A stretch of 64,000 bases of DNA, taken from the NCBI GenBank assembly GCA_015064945.1, contig SVRF01000002.1, positions 10,224 to 74,223 of the forward strand, in the 5' to 3' direction. Below, in pieces: positions 28,222 to 37,836 of the stretch. Each line of letters opens with the position of its first letter. The first letter of the stretch is position 1. The position numbers and the translations under genes are program-made. Under the pieces are notes generated by a model that made no database searches, was not told the DNA's origin, and saw nothing but the letters and a program-made list of their open reading frames with translations. The stretch comes from Oscillospiraceae bacterium (GTDB taxonomy: Bacteria; Bacillota; Clostridia; Oscillospirales; CAG-382).

Positions 28222-30372
28222 GTGAAGAACGATATTAAAATAGAACGTGTGAATATAGCCGCATTCGGCAAGCTTAGCGAAAAGGATATAGAGCTTGACC
28301 CGAAGATAAACCTTATAACTGCGCCCAATGAGGGTGGCAAGACCACTCTTGCGGCGTTTATACGCTTTGCTCTTTACGGCTTTAAGGGCAAAAGCCAAAG
28401 CATAACGGAAAACCCCAAAAAGATGTATATGCCTTGGTCGGGGGCGGCGGCGTCCGGTGCGCTGACCCTTCAGGGTGACAGGCGCATAAGGATAGAGCGC
28501 AGTGTGGTCGGCAACAAAGAGACGGCGCTGTGCACCGATGCCTCCACGGGTGCGCCTCTTTACGAAGGGGATTTTGGTGACGAGCTGTTTGGGGTAGGGC
28601 TTGATATTTTTGAAAAGACCTTGTTTTTATCCACCGCAGAGCCGCCCAAAAGCAAGGATACGGAGCTGGCAGACAGACTGCAAAACCTTGTATTTTCCGC
28701 CGACGAGCAAATAAGCGGAGAGAAGGCGGAAAAGCTGCTTACCAAGCACAAGAACGCTCTTAAGGGCAGGACTGCGGGCAGCGGCAGAATTTGCGCCCTT
28801 GAAACGGACAGTGCAAGACTTGCGGAAAAGCTAAGAACGGAGCGCACGGCAGCAACGGAGCTTACCGTATTGGAAGCCGACGCCGCAAAAACCGCCGAGG
28901 AGATAGTACGCAGGGAAGAAGAAGAGCTGTCTGCCGAAGCGGAGCTTAAAAACTATGAAAAGTACGAGGCACTTTTGCTTCTGGCAGAGCACCGCAGACT
29001 GGCAGAAGAAGCGGCACGAACCGCCAAGGCGGCAGAAAACGGAAGCGTGGGACTTGCGGAGATAGAGCGTCTGCAAGGGCTCAAATCCGCCTTGGACAAG
29101 GCGGAAGACCGCCGAAAGGACAGAGAAGAGGAATACAGCGAGCTTGCCGCCGCAAAGCCCGTAGCCAATACCGAGCCGATGCTTAAGGCGGAGGCGGCTA
29201 AGGCAAAGCGAAGCAAGCTTAAGACCCTTTGTATTATATTGACAGTACTTACGGTGCTTGGACTGGGCGCAACCGCCGCCTGCAAGCTTATAGGGGGCGC
29301 AGTACCGTACTTTAACTATGCAGCCATAACAACGGCGGCCTTTGCAGGGGCGACCCTTGCCGCATTCGGCGCAAGGAACGCCGCCCTCAGCTCCGCAGGC
29401 TTTAAAAACGACGATGAGATAGATACCGCTATAGAGAACGGCAAAAAGCAGGCAGAGGTCTTTAAACTCCACGCCGCACGAACCGCCGATGCCGCCGATG
29501 CCCTTGAAGAAGCTAAAAAAGCGGAAGAAGCGGCACGAAAGGCACTTAAGGAAGGGCTGTCCTTATACAGCGCGGAAACGGAGGACGGGGACACCGCCAT
29601 AAGCGAACTGCTTAAACAGCACATAGCGGCGGAGGCCCTTAAAGCAGAAGCCAAGAGTGCCGCCACCGCCCTTGAGGTCTTTGAGGGCAGACACAGTACA
29701 GAAGCGCTTGCGGCAATGGCAGAGGGTGCGGTAGAGCCCCAAAAGCCTAAGGCGCAGATAGAGATAGAGAAAAAGGCGGCTACCCAGCGCATAGCTATGT
29801 ATAAGGATAAGCTTTCTCAGATAAACCAGCGCATTGCCGCCATAAAGGCGATGGGCTACGACCCCCTCTCCACCGCAGAGGAGCTTTCCTACACTCAAAG
29901 CGAACTGGAGAAGGCAAAAAAGCACTACGAAGCGCTTAACCTTGCCTTGGAGGAGCTTAGTGCGGCAGGCGACGAGATGAAGGCGTCCATATCTCCCCGT
30001 TTGGCAAGCGTGGCAGGCGGTTATTTTGCCACTCTTACGGAGGGCGCACACGTCAGCTTGGAGCTGGACACAAAGCTTTCACTTAACTGTGACAGCGCCT
30101 ACGGACAGAAAAGCGGCGAGCACCTCAGCCGCGGTGCCCGTGACGGAGTATACATCTGCCTGCGTATGGCACTTATTGACCTGCTGTTTGAGGGCAGAAA
30201 GGTGCCCTTTATTTTAGACGATGCATTTGCACACATAGATCCGCCAAGGCTTAAGCGTATGCTAAAACTGCTTTCGGAAAGCGGTCATCAGCTTATAATA
30301 AGCAGTTGCAGCGGCAGAGAGGAAGCGGCACTTAAGGAGCTGGGCTTGGAATACAAGTCCGTTACACTGTAA
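28222..30372 (+). CDS. YhaN/SbcC-like AAA ATPase with a long coiled coil and two central hydrophobic helices
   Basis: Walker A APNEGGKTT. The C-terminus has the signature-like LSRGARD and Walker B FILDDAF. The middle is Ala/Glu/Lys-rich and coiled-coil-like, interrupted by LCIILTVLTVLGLGATAAC and AAITTAAFAGATLAAFG. GTG start after GGAGG. Confidence 0.7.
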   Translation: MKNDIKIERVNIAAFGKLSEKDIELDPKINLITAPNEGGKTTLAAFIRFALYGFKGKSQSITENPKKMYMPWSGAAASGALTLQGDRRIRIERSVVGNKETALCTDASTGAPLYEGDFGDELFGVGLDIFEKTLFLSTAEPPKSKDTELADRLQNLVFSADEQISGEKAEKLLTKHKNALKGRTAGSGRICALETDSARLAEKLRTERTAATELTVLEADAAKTAEEIVRREEEELSAEAELKNYEKYEALLLLAEHRRLAEEAARTAKAAENGSVGLAEIERLQGLKSALDKAEDRRKDREEEYSELAAAKPVANTEPMLKAEAAKAKRSKLKTLCIILTVLTVLGLGATAACKLIGGAVPYFNYAAITTAAFAGATLAAFGARNAALSSAGFKNDDEIDTAIENGKKQAEVFKLHAARTADAADALEEAKKAEEAARKALKEGLSLYSAETEDGDTAISELLKQHIAAEALKAEAKSAATALEVFEGRHSTEALAAMAEGAVEPQKPKAQIEIEKKAATQRIAMYKDKLSQINQRIAAIKAMGYDPLSTAEELSYTQSELEKAKKHYEALNLALEELSAAGDEMKASISPRLASVAGGYFATLTEGAHVSLELDTKLSLNCDSAYGQKSGEHLSRGARDGVYICLRMALIDLLFEGRKVPFILDDAFAHIDPPRLKRMLKLLSESGHQLIISSCSGREEAALKELGLEYKSVTL

Positions 30373-30387
30373 AAAGAGGAAAAAGCG

Positions 30388-32415
30388 ATGGCTGTTAACA
30401 GGGATACACCCCTGCGCTTTATAAAGGGCGTAGGCGAGGCTACGGGCAACAAGCTGGCAAAGCTTGGGCTTGTTACCGCAGGCGACTTAATTGAATTTTT
30501 CCCACGGCGCTACGAGTACAGGGACGAGCTGTACCCTTTGGCAGACGCACCCCTCGGTGAGCCCTGTGCAACGGTGCTTACGGTATGCTCTGCCCCTTCC
30601 TTGCGTTACGGCAACAAAAACATAAGCTACGTTAAGGTCAACGCCTGTGACCAAAGCGGCACCGCCACTCTTACCTTTTTTAATCAACCGTGGATGGAAA
30701 AATCCCTTGTGTCGGGCAGAAAATTCAGGGTTTGGGGTAAGGTGGAGCGCTACGGCTACAGCTTTCAGATCACTTCCCCCGAAATAGAGCCTTACAGCGA
30801 CAGCCTGCCGAAGGTTTTGCCCATATACCCCTTGACCAAGGGAGTAAACCAACAGCTTATACGCCGCTTGGTAAAAACGGTGGAGGAGTGCATAGCAGAG
30901 GAAGAAAGCCCCCTGCCCCCCGAGATAATCGAAAAGCACGCCCTTCTGCCCAGAAGTGAGGCAATACACGCCCTGCATTTTCCCGAAAGCAGGGAGATCG
31001 TGGAGAAAGCCAAACGGAGCTTAGCCTTTGAAGAGCTTATTCTGTTTCAGCTTGCTCTCAGACGTGTCAGGGGCTCGGTTAACCGAGGGCTTGCCACAGC
31101 GATGAGCTATAAGGACACGGGCATAGGCAAATTCTTTACCGCCCTGCCCTTCTCCCTGACAAGCGCCCAGGAGCGTGTGGTAAAGGAGGTCTTTGCGGAC
31201 CTGTGCAAAGAGGTGCCGATGTGCCGAATGGTACAGGGAGACGTAGGTAGCGGCAAGACGGTTATTGCCGCCGCCGCCATGGCATTTGCGGTAAAGAACG
31301 GGCTTCAATGCGCGATGATGGCGCCTACCGAAATTCTTGCAAACCAGCATTTTATAACCCTTGGCAAGCTGTTTGAGGGCTTTGGTATAGAGCTTGCCCT
31401 TCTTACGGGCAGTACAAGCGCCAAGGAGAAGCGGCGCATAAAGGACGGACTTAAGGACGGCAGTATAGCCGCCGTTGTAGGTACAAACGCCATAATCCAA
31501 AAGGATGTGGAGTACCTAAACTTAGGGCTTGTCATAACCGACGAGCAACATCGCTTCGGCGTGCTTCAACGGGCGGCGCTGGCAGATAAATCCACTGGGA
31601 AATGCCCCCATTCCTTAGTTATGTCCGCAACGCCCATCCCCCGCAGTCTGTCACTTATACTGTACGGGGATATGGACATAAGCGTTATAGACAGTCTGCC
31701 TCCCGGCAGGCAGGTGATAGAGACCCGCTGTGTAGGCGAGGAAAAGCGCGCGGCGGTATACGACTTTATAGGCAAGCAGATAGGCAAGGGGCGGCAGGCG
31801 TATATTATCTGCCCCTTGGTAGAGGATAGTGAAGGTACGGCTGACGATAAAAAGAGCGTGGAAAGCTACAATGCGCTGTTTGCCAAGGCTATGCCCAATG
31901 TAAAAGCCCTGTGTCTGCACGGTAGAATGAAGGGTAAGGAAAAAGACGAGGTAATGAGTGCCTTTGAGAAAGGAGACGCCTCGGTGCTTATCTCCACTAC
32001 GGTGGTAGAGGTAGGCGTAAACGTGCCCAACGCCACGGTTATGCTTATTGAAAACGCAGAGTGCTTCGGGCTGTCCCAACTGCATCAACTGCGAGGAAGA
32101 GTGGGCAGAGGAAGTCATAAATCCTTTTGCATAATGCTTACCGATAAGGCAAGCGAAAGGCTTGAGGTGCTATGCCGGACCAACGACGGCTTTAAGATAG
32201 CAGAGGCAGACCTTGCCGCCAGAGGTCCGGGGGACTTTTTCGGCGCACGTCAAAGCGGCGACGCACGGTTTATACACGCCACCGCCGCAGATATACCGCT
32301 TATAGAAACCACAAGAAACCTTGCAGCCGGTCTTGAAAAGCACCCCTCTCCCGTACTGGAGGAGGCCGTGCGCCGCTATCTGGGTGGACTTGGCAGTGAA
32401 AATATATTCAACTGA
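30388..32415 (+). CDS. recG: ATP-dependent DNA helicase RecG
   Basis: N-terminal wedge/OB region. Helicase motifs GDVGSGKT and DEQHRFG, and a C-terminal TRG-like region. Confidence 0.9.
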   Translation: MAVNRDTPLRFIKGVGEATGNKLAKLGLVTAGDLIEFFPRRYEYRDELYPLADAPLGEPCATVLTVCSAPSLRYGNKNISYVKVNACDQSGTATLTFFNQPWMEKSLVSGRKFRVWGKVERYGYSFQITSPEIEPYSDSLPKVLPIYPLTKGVNQQLIRRLVKTVEECIAEEESPLPPEIIEKHALLPRSEAIHALHFPESREIVEKAKRSLAFEELILFQLALRRVRGSVNRGLATAMSYKDTGIGKFFTALPFSLTSAQERVVKEVFADLCKEVPMCRMVQGDVGSGKTVIAAAAMAFAVKNGLQCAMMAPTEILANQHFITLGKLFEGFGIELALLTGSTSAKEKRRIKDGLKDGSIAAVVGTNAIIQKDVEYLNLGLVITDEQHRFGVLQRAALADKSTGKCPHSLVMSATPIPRSLSLILYGDMDISVIDSLPPGRQVIETRCVGEEKRAAVYDFIGKQIGKGRQAYIICPLVEDSEGTADDKKSVESYNALFAKAMPNVKALCLHGRMKGKEKDEVMSAFEKGDASVLISTTVVEVGVNVPNATVMLIENAECFGLSQLHQLRGRVGRGSHKSFCIMLTDKASERLEVLCRTNDGFKIAEADLAARGPGDFFGARQSGDARFIHATAADIPLIETTRNLAAGLEKHPSPVLEEAVRRYLGGLGSENIFN

Positions 32416-32425
32416 GAGAACAAAG

Positions 32426-33394
32426 ATGGAAATAAACGGACTTAAACTTAAAAACGGGCTTATGCTTGCCCCTATGGCAGGGGTAACGGACAGGGCGTTC
32501 AGAACCCTGTGTGCCGAATTTGGGGCAGAATACTGCGTAACGGAGATGATATCCGCAAAAGCGGTATGCTTCGGCGACAAGAAGACCGCCGCCCTTGCAC
32601 GTCCCGAAGAGGGCGAGCAGGTGGCGATACAGATCTTCGGAAGCGAGCCTTATTATATGGCAAAGGCGGCATCGGAGCTTTTGAAGTACGCCCCCATAGC
32701 CATAGACATAAATATGGGCTGTCCCGTGCCGAAATGCGTTAAAAGCGGTGAGGGCAGTGCCCTTATGAAAAACCCCGAGCTTTGCGGCAGAATAGTGGCA
32801 GAGGTAAAAGCGGCAGTAAACGTGCCCGTAGGCGTAAAAATGCGCACAGGCTTTGACGACGCCCACAAAAACGCTCTTGAGGTAGCAAAACGTGTGGAGG
32901 AGGCAGGTGCGGCTTATGTGTGTCTTCACGGCAGGACAAGGACACAAATGTACTCCGGCACCGCAGAGCGTGATACTCTTAAGGCTGTAAAAGAGGCGCT
33001 TACCATACCCGTAATAGGTAACGGCGACATAAAATGCGGTGAGGACGCCCTTAGTATGTTTGCGGAAACGGGCTGTGATGCGGTAGCGGTAGGCAGAGGA
33101 GCAATGGGCAAGCCTTGGCTGTTTGCAGAGCTTGCCGCCGCCATAGAGGGCAGGGCCTACACGCCACCCACGGCAGAGGAAAAGTGCGCCGCCGTGGTAA
33201 AGCATATAAAAAGCACGGTGGCAAACAAGGGCGCACAGGTGGCAATCCCCGAGCTTAGGAAGCACCTTGCCTGGTACTCCAAGGGGCTGTATGGCTCAGC
33301 GGCTTTGCGCAACCGTGTAACAAGCGTCTGTACGGAAAAGGAAGCCCTTGCCGTAGCGGAAGCTATGTTCTTCCCACCCACGGCAGAGGAATAA
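32426..33394 (+). CDS. dus: tRNA-dihydrouridine synthase
   Basis: LAPMAGVTDRAFR, DINMGCP (catalytic Cys) and an FMN TIM-barrel pattern. I use the ATG at 32426 (MEINGLKL). Confidence 0.85.
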   Translation: MEINGLKLKNGLMLAPMAGVTDRAFRTLCAEFGAEYCVTEMISAKAVCFGDKKTAALARPEEGEQVAIQIFGSEPYYMAKAASELLKYAPIAIDINMGCPVPKCVKSGEGSALMKNPELCGRIVAEVKAAVNVPVGVKMRTGFDDAHKNALEVAKRVEEAGAAYVCLHGRTRTQMYSGTAERDTLKAVKEALTIPVIGNGDIKCGEDALSMFAETGCDAVAVGRGAMGKPWLFAELAAAIEGRAYTPPTAEEKCAAVVKHIKSTVANKGAQVAIPELRKHLAWYSKGLYGSAALRNRVTSVCTEKEALAVAEAMFFPPTAEE

Positions 33395-33410
33395 GCGCAT
33401 CAATTACCTT

Positions 33411-33709
33411 GTAGGGGGCGTAATCCTCTGACGCCCCGAAGCGTGGCGCATATAAAAAAGCGCAACATCTTTATAAATAACGTTATAACCACAACGTAGG
33501 GCGGGGGTTTTACTCCCGCCGAAAGGATACAAAAAGAATAAACGGCAGGGATTGCGGTGATGCATCTCCTGCCGTGTTGTTTTATATCGTCTTTTTTCCT
33601 CGGGTCGTCGAAGGCGCCGACCCCTACCGCTGCAATTTGTTGCGTTTGTGCGTAGATTTTAGGTTTTGTTTTTCCGTTGCGTTTCGGCGGCAGTAAACCG
33701 CCGCCCTAC
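33411..33709. repeat. Family-1 REP/BIME-like composite element, locus B
   Basis: GTAG hairpins: type 2 at 33411-33437, type 1 at 33496-33520, type 2 at rc 33627-33602, type 1 at rc 33709-33685. Internal terminator-shaped hairpin at 33542-33575. Lies between convergent dus and the response regulator gene. Confidence 0.8.
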
Positions 33710-33735
33710 GGACAAACCTTAAAGCGGTCTGAGAC

Positions 33736-34422
33736 TTATCCTTCGATAAGCTCAAACTTATACCCTACGCCCCAAACGGTCTTAAGCGCCCATTTGTCGC
33801 TGGCGCCGTCCAACTTTTCACGCAGGCGCTTAACGTGCACGTCCACGGTGCGGCTGTCGCCGAGGTAATCAAAGCTCCACACCTTGTCAAGCAGTTGGTC
33901 ACGGGTGAACACCCTGTTGTAATTGGATGCAAGGAAATACAAAAGCTCCAGCTCCTTGGGAGGCAGGCTTATGGGTCTGCCCTTAATGCGAAGCTCGTAG
34001 CGTTGCAAAGAGATTTCTATATTATCAAACCTTACCATCTCTCCGTCGCTTGACTCGTGCTTTGTATAACGTCTGAGCACCGCTTTAATGCGTGCAAAAA
34101 CCTCTTTCATATCAAGAGGCTTAACCATATAGTCGTCTGCGCCCAGCTCCAAGCCCAAAACCTTGTCTATGATATCTCCCTTGGCAGTTATCATAATGAT
34201 GGGCTTATTGGAATGCTCCCTTATCTCACGGCAAACCTGCCAGCCGTCCTTTTTAGGCAACATAACATCAAGAAGTACCATATCCGGCTCGTAACTGCGG
34301 AAGGCAGAAACACCCTCTGCACCGTCATTAGCCACCTTTACCTCATATCCCTCGTTTTCCAAATACATACGAAGCAGGGTACACAGATCGTTATCGTCAT
34401 CTATTATCAAAACTTTTGTCAT
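33736..34422 (-). CDS. OmpR-family response regulator (receiver plus winged helix), with no adjacent histidine kinase
   Basis: MTKVLIIDDD..DVMLP..K receiver residues. C-terminal winged helix TVDVHVKRLREKL. ATG at 34422; the ORF-track start at 34434 is TTG. Confidence 0.85.
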   Translation of the reverse strand: MTKVLIIDDDNDLCTLLRMYLENEGYEVKVANDGAEGVSAFRSYEPDMVLLDVMLPKKDGWQVCREIREHSNKPIIMITAKGDIIDKVLGLELGADDYMVKPLDMKEVFARIKAVLRRYTKHESSDGEMVRFDNIEISLQRYELRIKGRPISLPPKELELLYFLASNYNRVFTRDQLLDKVWSFDYLGDSRTVDVHVKRLREKLDGASDKWALKTVWGVGYKFELIEG

Positions 34423-34493
34423 TGCCACGTCCAACCTTTTAAGAATTCATTAAAAAACCACACAATTATTAACAATTTGTGTTTGACATTTGT

Positions 34494-34522
34494 ATTATAA
34501 TTGCTTTTTATTAAAAAGTCAA
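34494..34522 (-). promoter_or_regulatory. Putative sigma-A promoter for the response regulator gene
   Basis: On the minus strand: TTGACT (rc 34517-34522), 17-nt spacer, TATAAT (rc 34494-34499). Confidence 0.55.
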
Positions 34523-34542
34523 CAACAAATTTAATAATTTGT

Positions 34543-34567
34543 CAATAGTTAACATCGTTAACTATTG
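34543..34567. promoter_or_regulatory. Perfect 11-bp inverted repeat between the divergent response regulator and ychF promoters
   Basis: CAATAGTTAAC-atc-GTTAACTATTG, followed by seven T on the plus strand. Confidence 0.5.
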
Positions 34568-34583
34568 TTTTTTTAAAAGCTTC

Positions 34584-34612
34584 TTGCAAAAATCGCTTTT
34601 GTCTGTTATTAT
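34584..34612 (+). promoter_or_regulatory. Putative sigma-A promoter for ychF
   Basis: TTGCAA (34584-34589), 17-nt spacer, TATTAT (34607-34612). Confidence 0.4.
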
Positions 34613-34659
34613 AATGGAGATAGAGATATTACCTTATAAAAAGGATGTGTGTTTGGTTT

Positions 34660-35754
<1,095 letters not shown>

Positions 35755-35758
35755 AATT

Positions 35759-35895
35759 CCCCATCACTCACATTCGTTCGTGACGGGGACCCCGAAAGGT
35801 GCAAAGCACCATTTCCGTTCACTCGCGTCTTCGCGCCACTTCGTAGCACTCGCGGAAACTAATGTGTATTTTCTGCGGCGCCTGTCCGCAAAAAA
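35759..35895 (+). repeat. Family-2 intergenic repeat, reference copy
   Basis: The head hairpin CCCCATCAC (35759-35767) / GTGACGGGG (35780-35788) is followed by ACCCC and starts 4 nt after the ychF TAA. The body aligns to rc 1000-846. The tail hairpin is TTTTcTGCGG-cgcctgt-CCGCAAAAAA (35869-35895). Confidence 0.75.
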
Positions 35896-35940
35896 TACAG
35901 AATTTTAGTTTTGGTTACAATTACAATGAAATCAAACTTA

Positions 35941-35970
35941 GGGTGAAGGCTTCCGCCTTCACCCTTTTTT
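35941..35970 (+). terminator. Rho-independent terminator downstream of ychF
   Basis: Perfect 10-bp stem GGGTGAAGGC-ttcc-GCCTTCACCC followed by TTTTTT. Confidence 0.8.
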
Positions 35971-36057
35971 ACAACTTTTGTCGCAAAAAAGTGCTTTTCA
36001 TCCGTATAATAGGTGTAAGGTACCTTAGACAAAAGGCAGAAAGGAGGAGGGCTTAGC

Positions 36058-36609
36058 TTGTGCAACGAAAGAGAACAAAGCAGTGAGGAGCTTTACGAGC
36101 GTTTCAGAGGCGGTGACAAAGAAGCGTTCGAGGAACTTGTAACTGAACACAGGCAGGGGCTTACGCTGTTTATCCACCGCTATGTTAACGATATGGACAC
36201 GGCAGAGGACATAGCCGAGGACGTTTTTGTAAAGCTGCTTGTAAAGAAGCCGCCCTATAAAGGCAACGCCTCCTTTAAGACTTGGCTTTTTACCGTTGGT
36301 AAAAACCTAAGCCTTGACCTGCTTAGAAAGCGGCGCAGGTACACCCCCACGGAAGAGGAACCGCAAACAGCCCCCACGGCGGTAGAGGACGTCTTTTTTG
36401 AAAGCGAAAGAAAGCGTGCTCTGTACCGTGCCCTTAACGCCCTTCCAAAGGAGGAGCGTTTGCTGATGCAACTTATATACCTTGAAGATTTAAGCTATGA
36501 CCACGCAGAGAAGATACTTGGCGTTTCTAAAAAGAAGCTGTACGCCCTGTCGCGCAAGGCAAAGGAAACGCTAAAGGAAGAACTTATTAAGGAGGGAACA
36601 GAACTGTGA
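36058..36609 (+). CDS. ECF-type sigma-70 family RNA polymerase sigma factor
   Basis: Region 2 (DIAEDVFVKLL) and a region 4 HTH (LSYDHAEKILGVSKKKLYALSRKAKETL). 183 aa, TTG start. Confidence 0.8.
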   Translation: MCNEREQSSEELYERFRGGDKEAFEELVTEHRQGLTLFIHRYVNDMDTAEDIAEDVFVKLLVKKPPYKGNASFKTWLFTVGKNLSLDLLRKRRRYTPTEEEPQTAPTAVEDVFFESERKRALYRALNALPKEERLLMQLIYLEDLSYDHAEKILGVSKKKLYALSRKAKETLKEELIKEGTEL

Positions 36610-37625
36610 AAGACCAAAAGCAGTTTATGGAAAACATCTACACAAAAAAAGAAAACCGTGACAGAAGCATAAGAAAACGCATAATTGCGGCAAGCAGCGG
36701 AACGCTTGCGCTGGCGTTGGTGGTAACGGCGGTGGCTCTTGCCCCCGAAAGGACAGGTAACAGCCCCAAGCCCCAGACAAACGGCCCCATCATCCCCACC
36801 CATCAATACGACGGTGCCCTTGCGGGCGACAGCACTGAAATTTCAGAGCCCGAAAAAGAGCCTCTTGACTTTTTGTCCGAGGACGAGGAGCTTATGGAGT
36901 ATATCCAATCTCCGGGCACCGTAGCCCTTACCGCCCCCATTGACAAGGGCGAGCTTGAGGAGTTTATTAAGGAAAAAGAAGAAAGTGACGGCAAGATCCG
37001 CGTTGTAAACACTTACGGGATACTACCGCTTTCGGAAGTGAGCTACGGCGGCAAAGCGTTTACCGAAATTTTTGAGGTAGGCCCCTACGGTTACCGTTTT
37101 AAGGACGATAACCACCCCGCATATAACAGATATATCGACGCTTTTGTGGCATGGCGCGGCTCTGACGACTGTCACAAAATATATAAAGAGCTTGGCGAAA
37201 AAGCACTCGGCGGCGACAGCTACGCCGAAAAGCTTATAATGATGGAGACAAAGGATATGTTTTACGAGCTGGTGTGGAGCAAGGAGCAAAGCGAAGCAGA
37301 GCTTGAAGCCCTTGAAGCCGAGATCGAGGAGTACCACGAAATTTGGGCGGTATATAACGAGAAAGCCGAGGAGGTTTTGCGCACCGAACTTAAGGATGAC
37401 CTTGAAAAGCTTGTATCCGACGGCGTAGGGCTATGTTGTACCACCTTGAACGGAGAAACGGTGCTTGTAGGCGTAGTTACCGCAGAGCAATGTGAACAGA
37501 TGAACGAATTTCTTGAAAGCAGCTCTTTGGTATGCCGCCTTATTTATTTAAACCCCTCATCTTTTCAAGTTAACGACGACGGCGAAAGCGTAACAATAGT
37601 AACCGTCACAAGCGAAGCAAAGTAA
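36606..37625 (+). CDS. Single-pass membrane protein, putative cognate anti-sigma factor
   Basis: The GTG start overlaps the sigma-factor stop (GTGA). It has a short basic N-terminus, the TM segment IIAASSGTLALALVVTAVALA and an acidic extracytoplasmic domain. No zinc-binding anti-sigma motif is visible. Confidence 0.45.
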   Translation: MKDQKQFMENIYTKKENRDRSIRKRIIAASSGTLALALVVTAVALAPERTGNSPKPQTNGPIIPTHQYDGALAGDSTEISEPEKEPLDFLSEDEELMEYIQSPGTVALTAPIDKGELEEFIKEKEESDGKIRVVNTYGILPLSEVSYGGKAFTEIFEVGPYGYRFKDDNHPAYNRYIDAFVAWRGSDDCHKIYKELGEKALGGDSYAEKLIMMETKDMFYELVWSKEQSEAELEALEAEIEEYHEIWAVYNEKAEEVLRTELKDDLEKLVSDGVGLCCTTLNGETVLVGVVTAEQCEQMNEFLESSSLVCRLIYLNPSSFQVNDDGESVTIVTVTSEAK

Positions 37626-37628
37626 CAC

Positions 37629-37693
37629 CCCCATCACTCGCTACGTTCGTGACGGGGACCCCGAGAGAATAAAAGTACCATTTTTGTTCGCTT
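37629..37693 (+). repeat. Family-2 intergenic repeat, truncated copy (head plus part of the body)
   Basis: CCCCATCAC (37629-37637) / GTGACGGGG (37649-37657) plus ACCCC starts 3 nt after the TAA at 37623-37625. The following ~30 nt align with 35794-35825. Confidence 0.7.
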
Positions 37694-37755
37694 TGTTCGT
37701 AGCGCGGGGCCGACAACAAGCAAAGAGGCAGTCTTTAATGGCTGTCTTTTGCTTG

Positions 37756-37784
37756 TTGACAAGGCTTTTGCATCGTGGTATAAT
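37756..37784 (+). promoter_or_regulatory. Near-consensus sigma-A promoter for the lipoprotein genes
   Basis: TTGACA (37756-37761), 17-nt spacer ending in TGg (extended -10), TATAAT (37779-37784). Confidence 0.6.
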
Positions 37785-37836
37785 GATTTATAGCGTGCAG
37801 AGCCAAAACAAAACGGCAAGCCGAAAGGAGCGCATT

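Noticed and set aside
27103-30372. The SbcD-like nuclease plus SMC-like ATPase as an anti-phage defence module
   Set aside because: The pair sits in a conserved-looking repair context (pgeF upstream, recG immediately downstream) and matches the widespread Firmicute yhaO/yhaN pair. No mobile-element or defence-island neighbours are present. I report only the TM-like apex as a finding.
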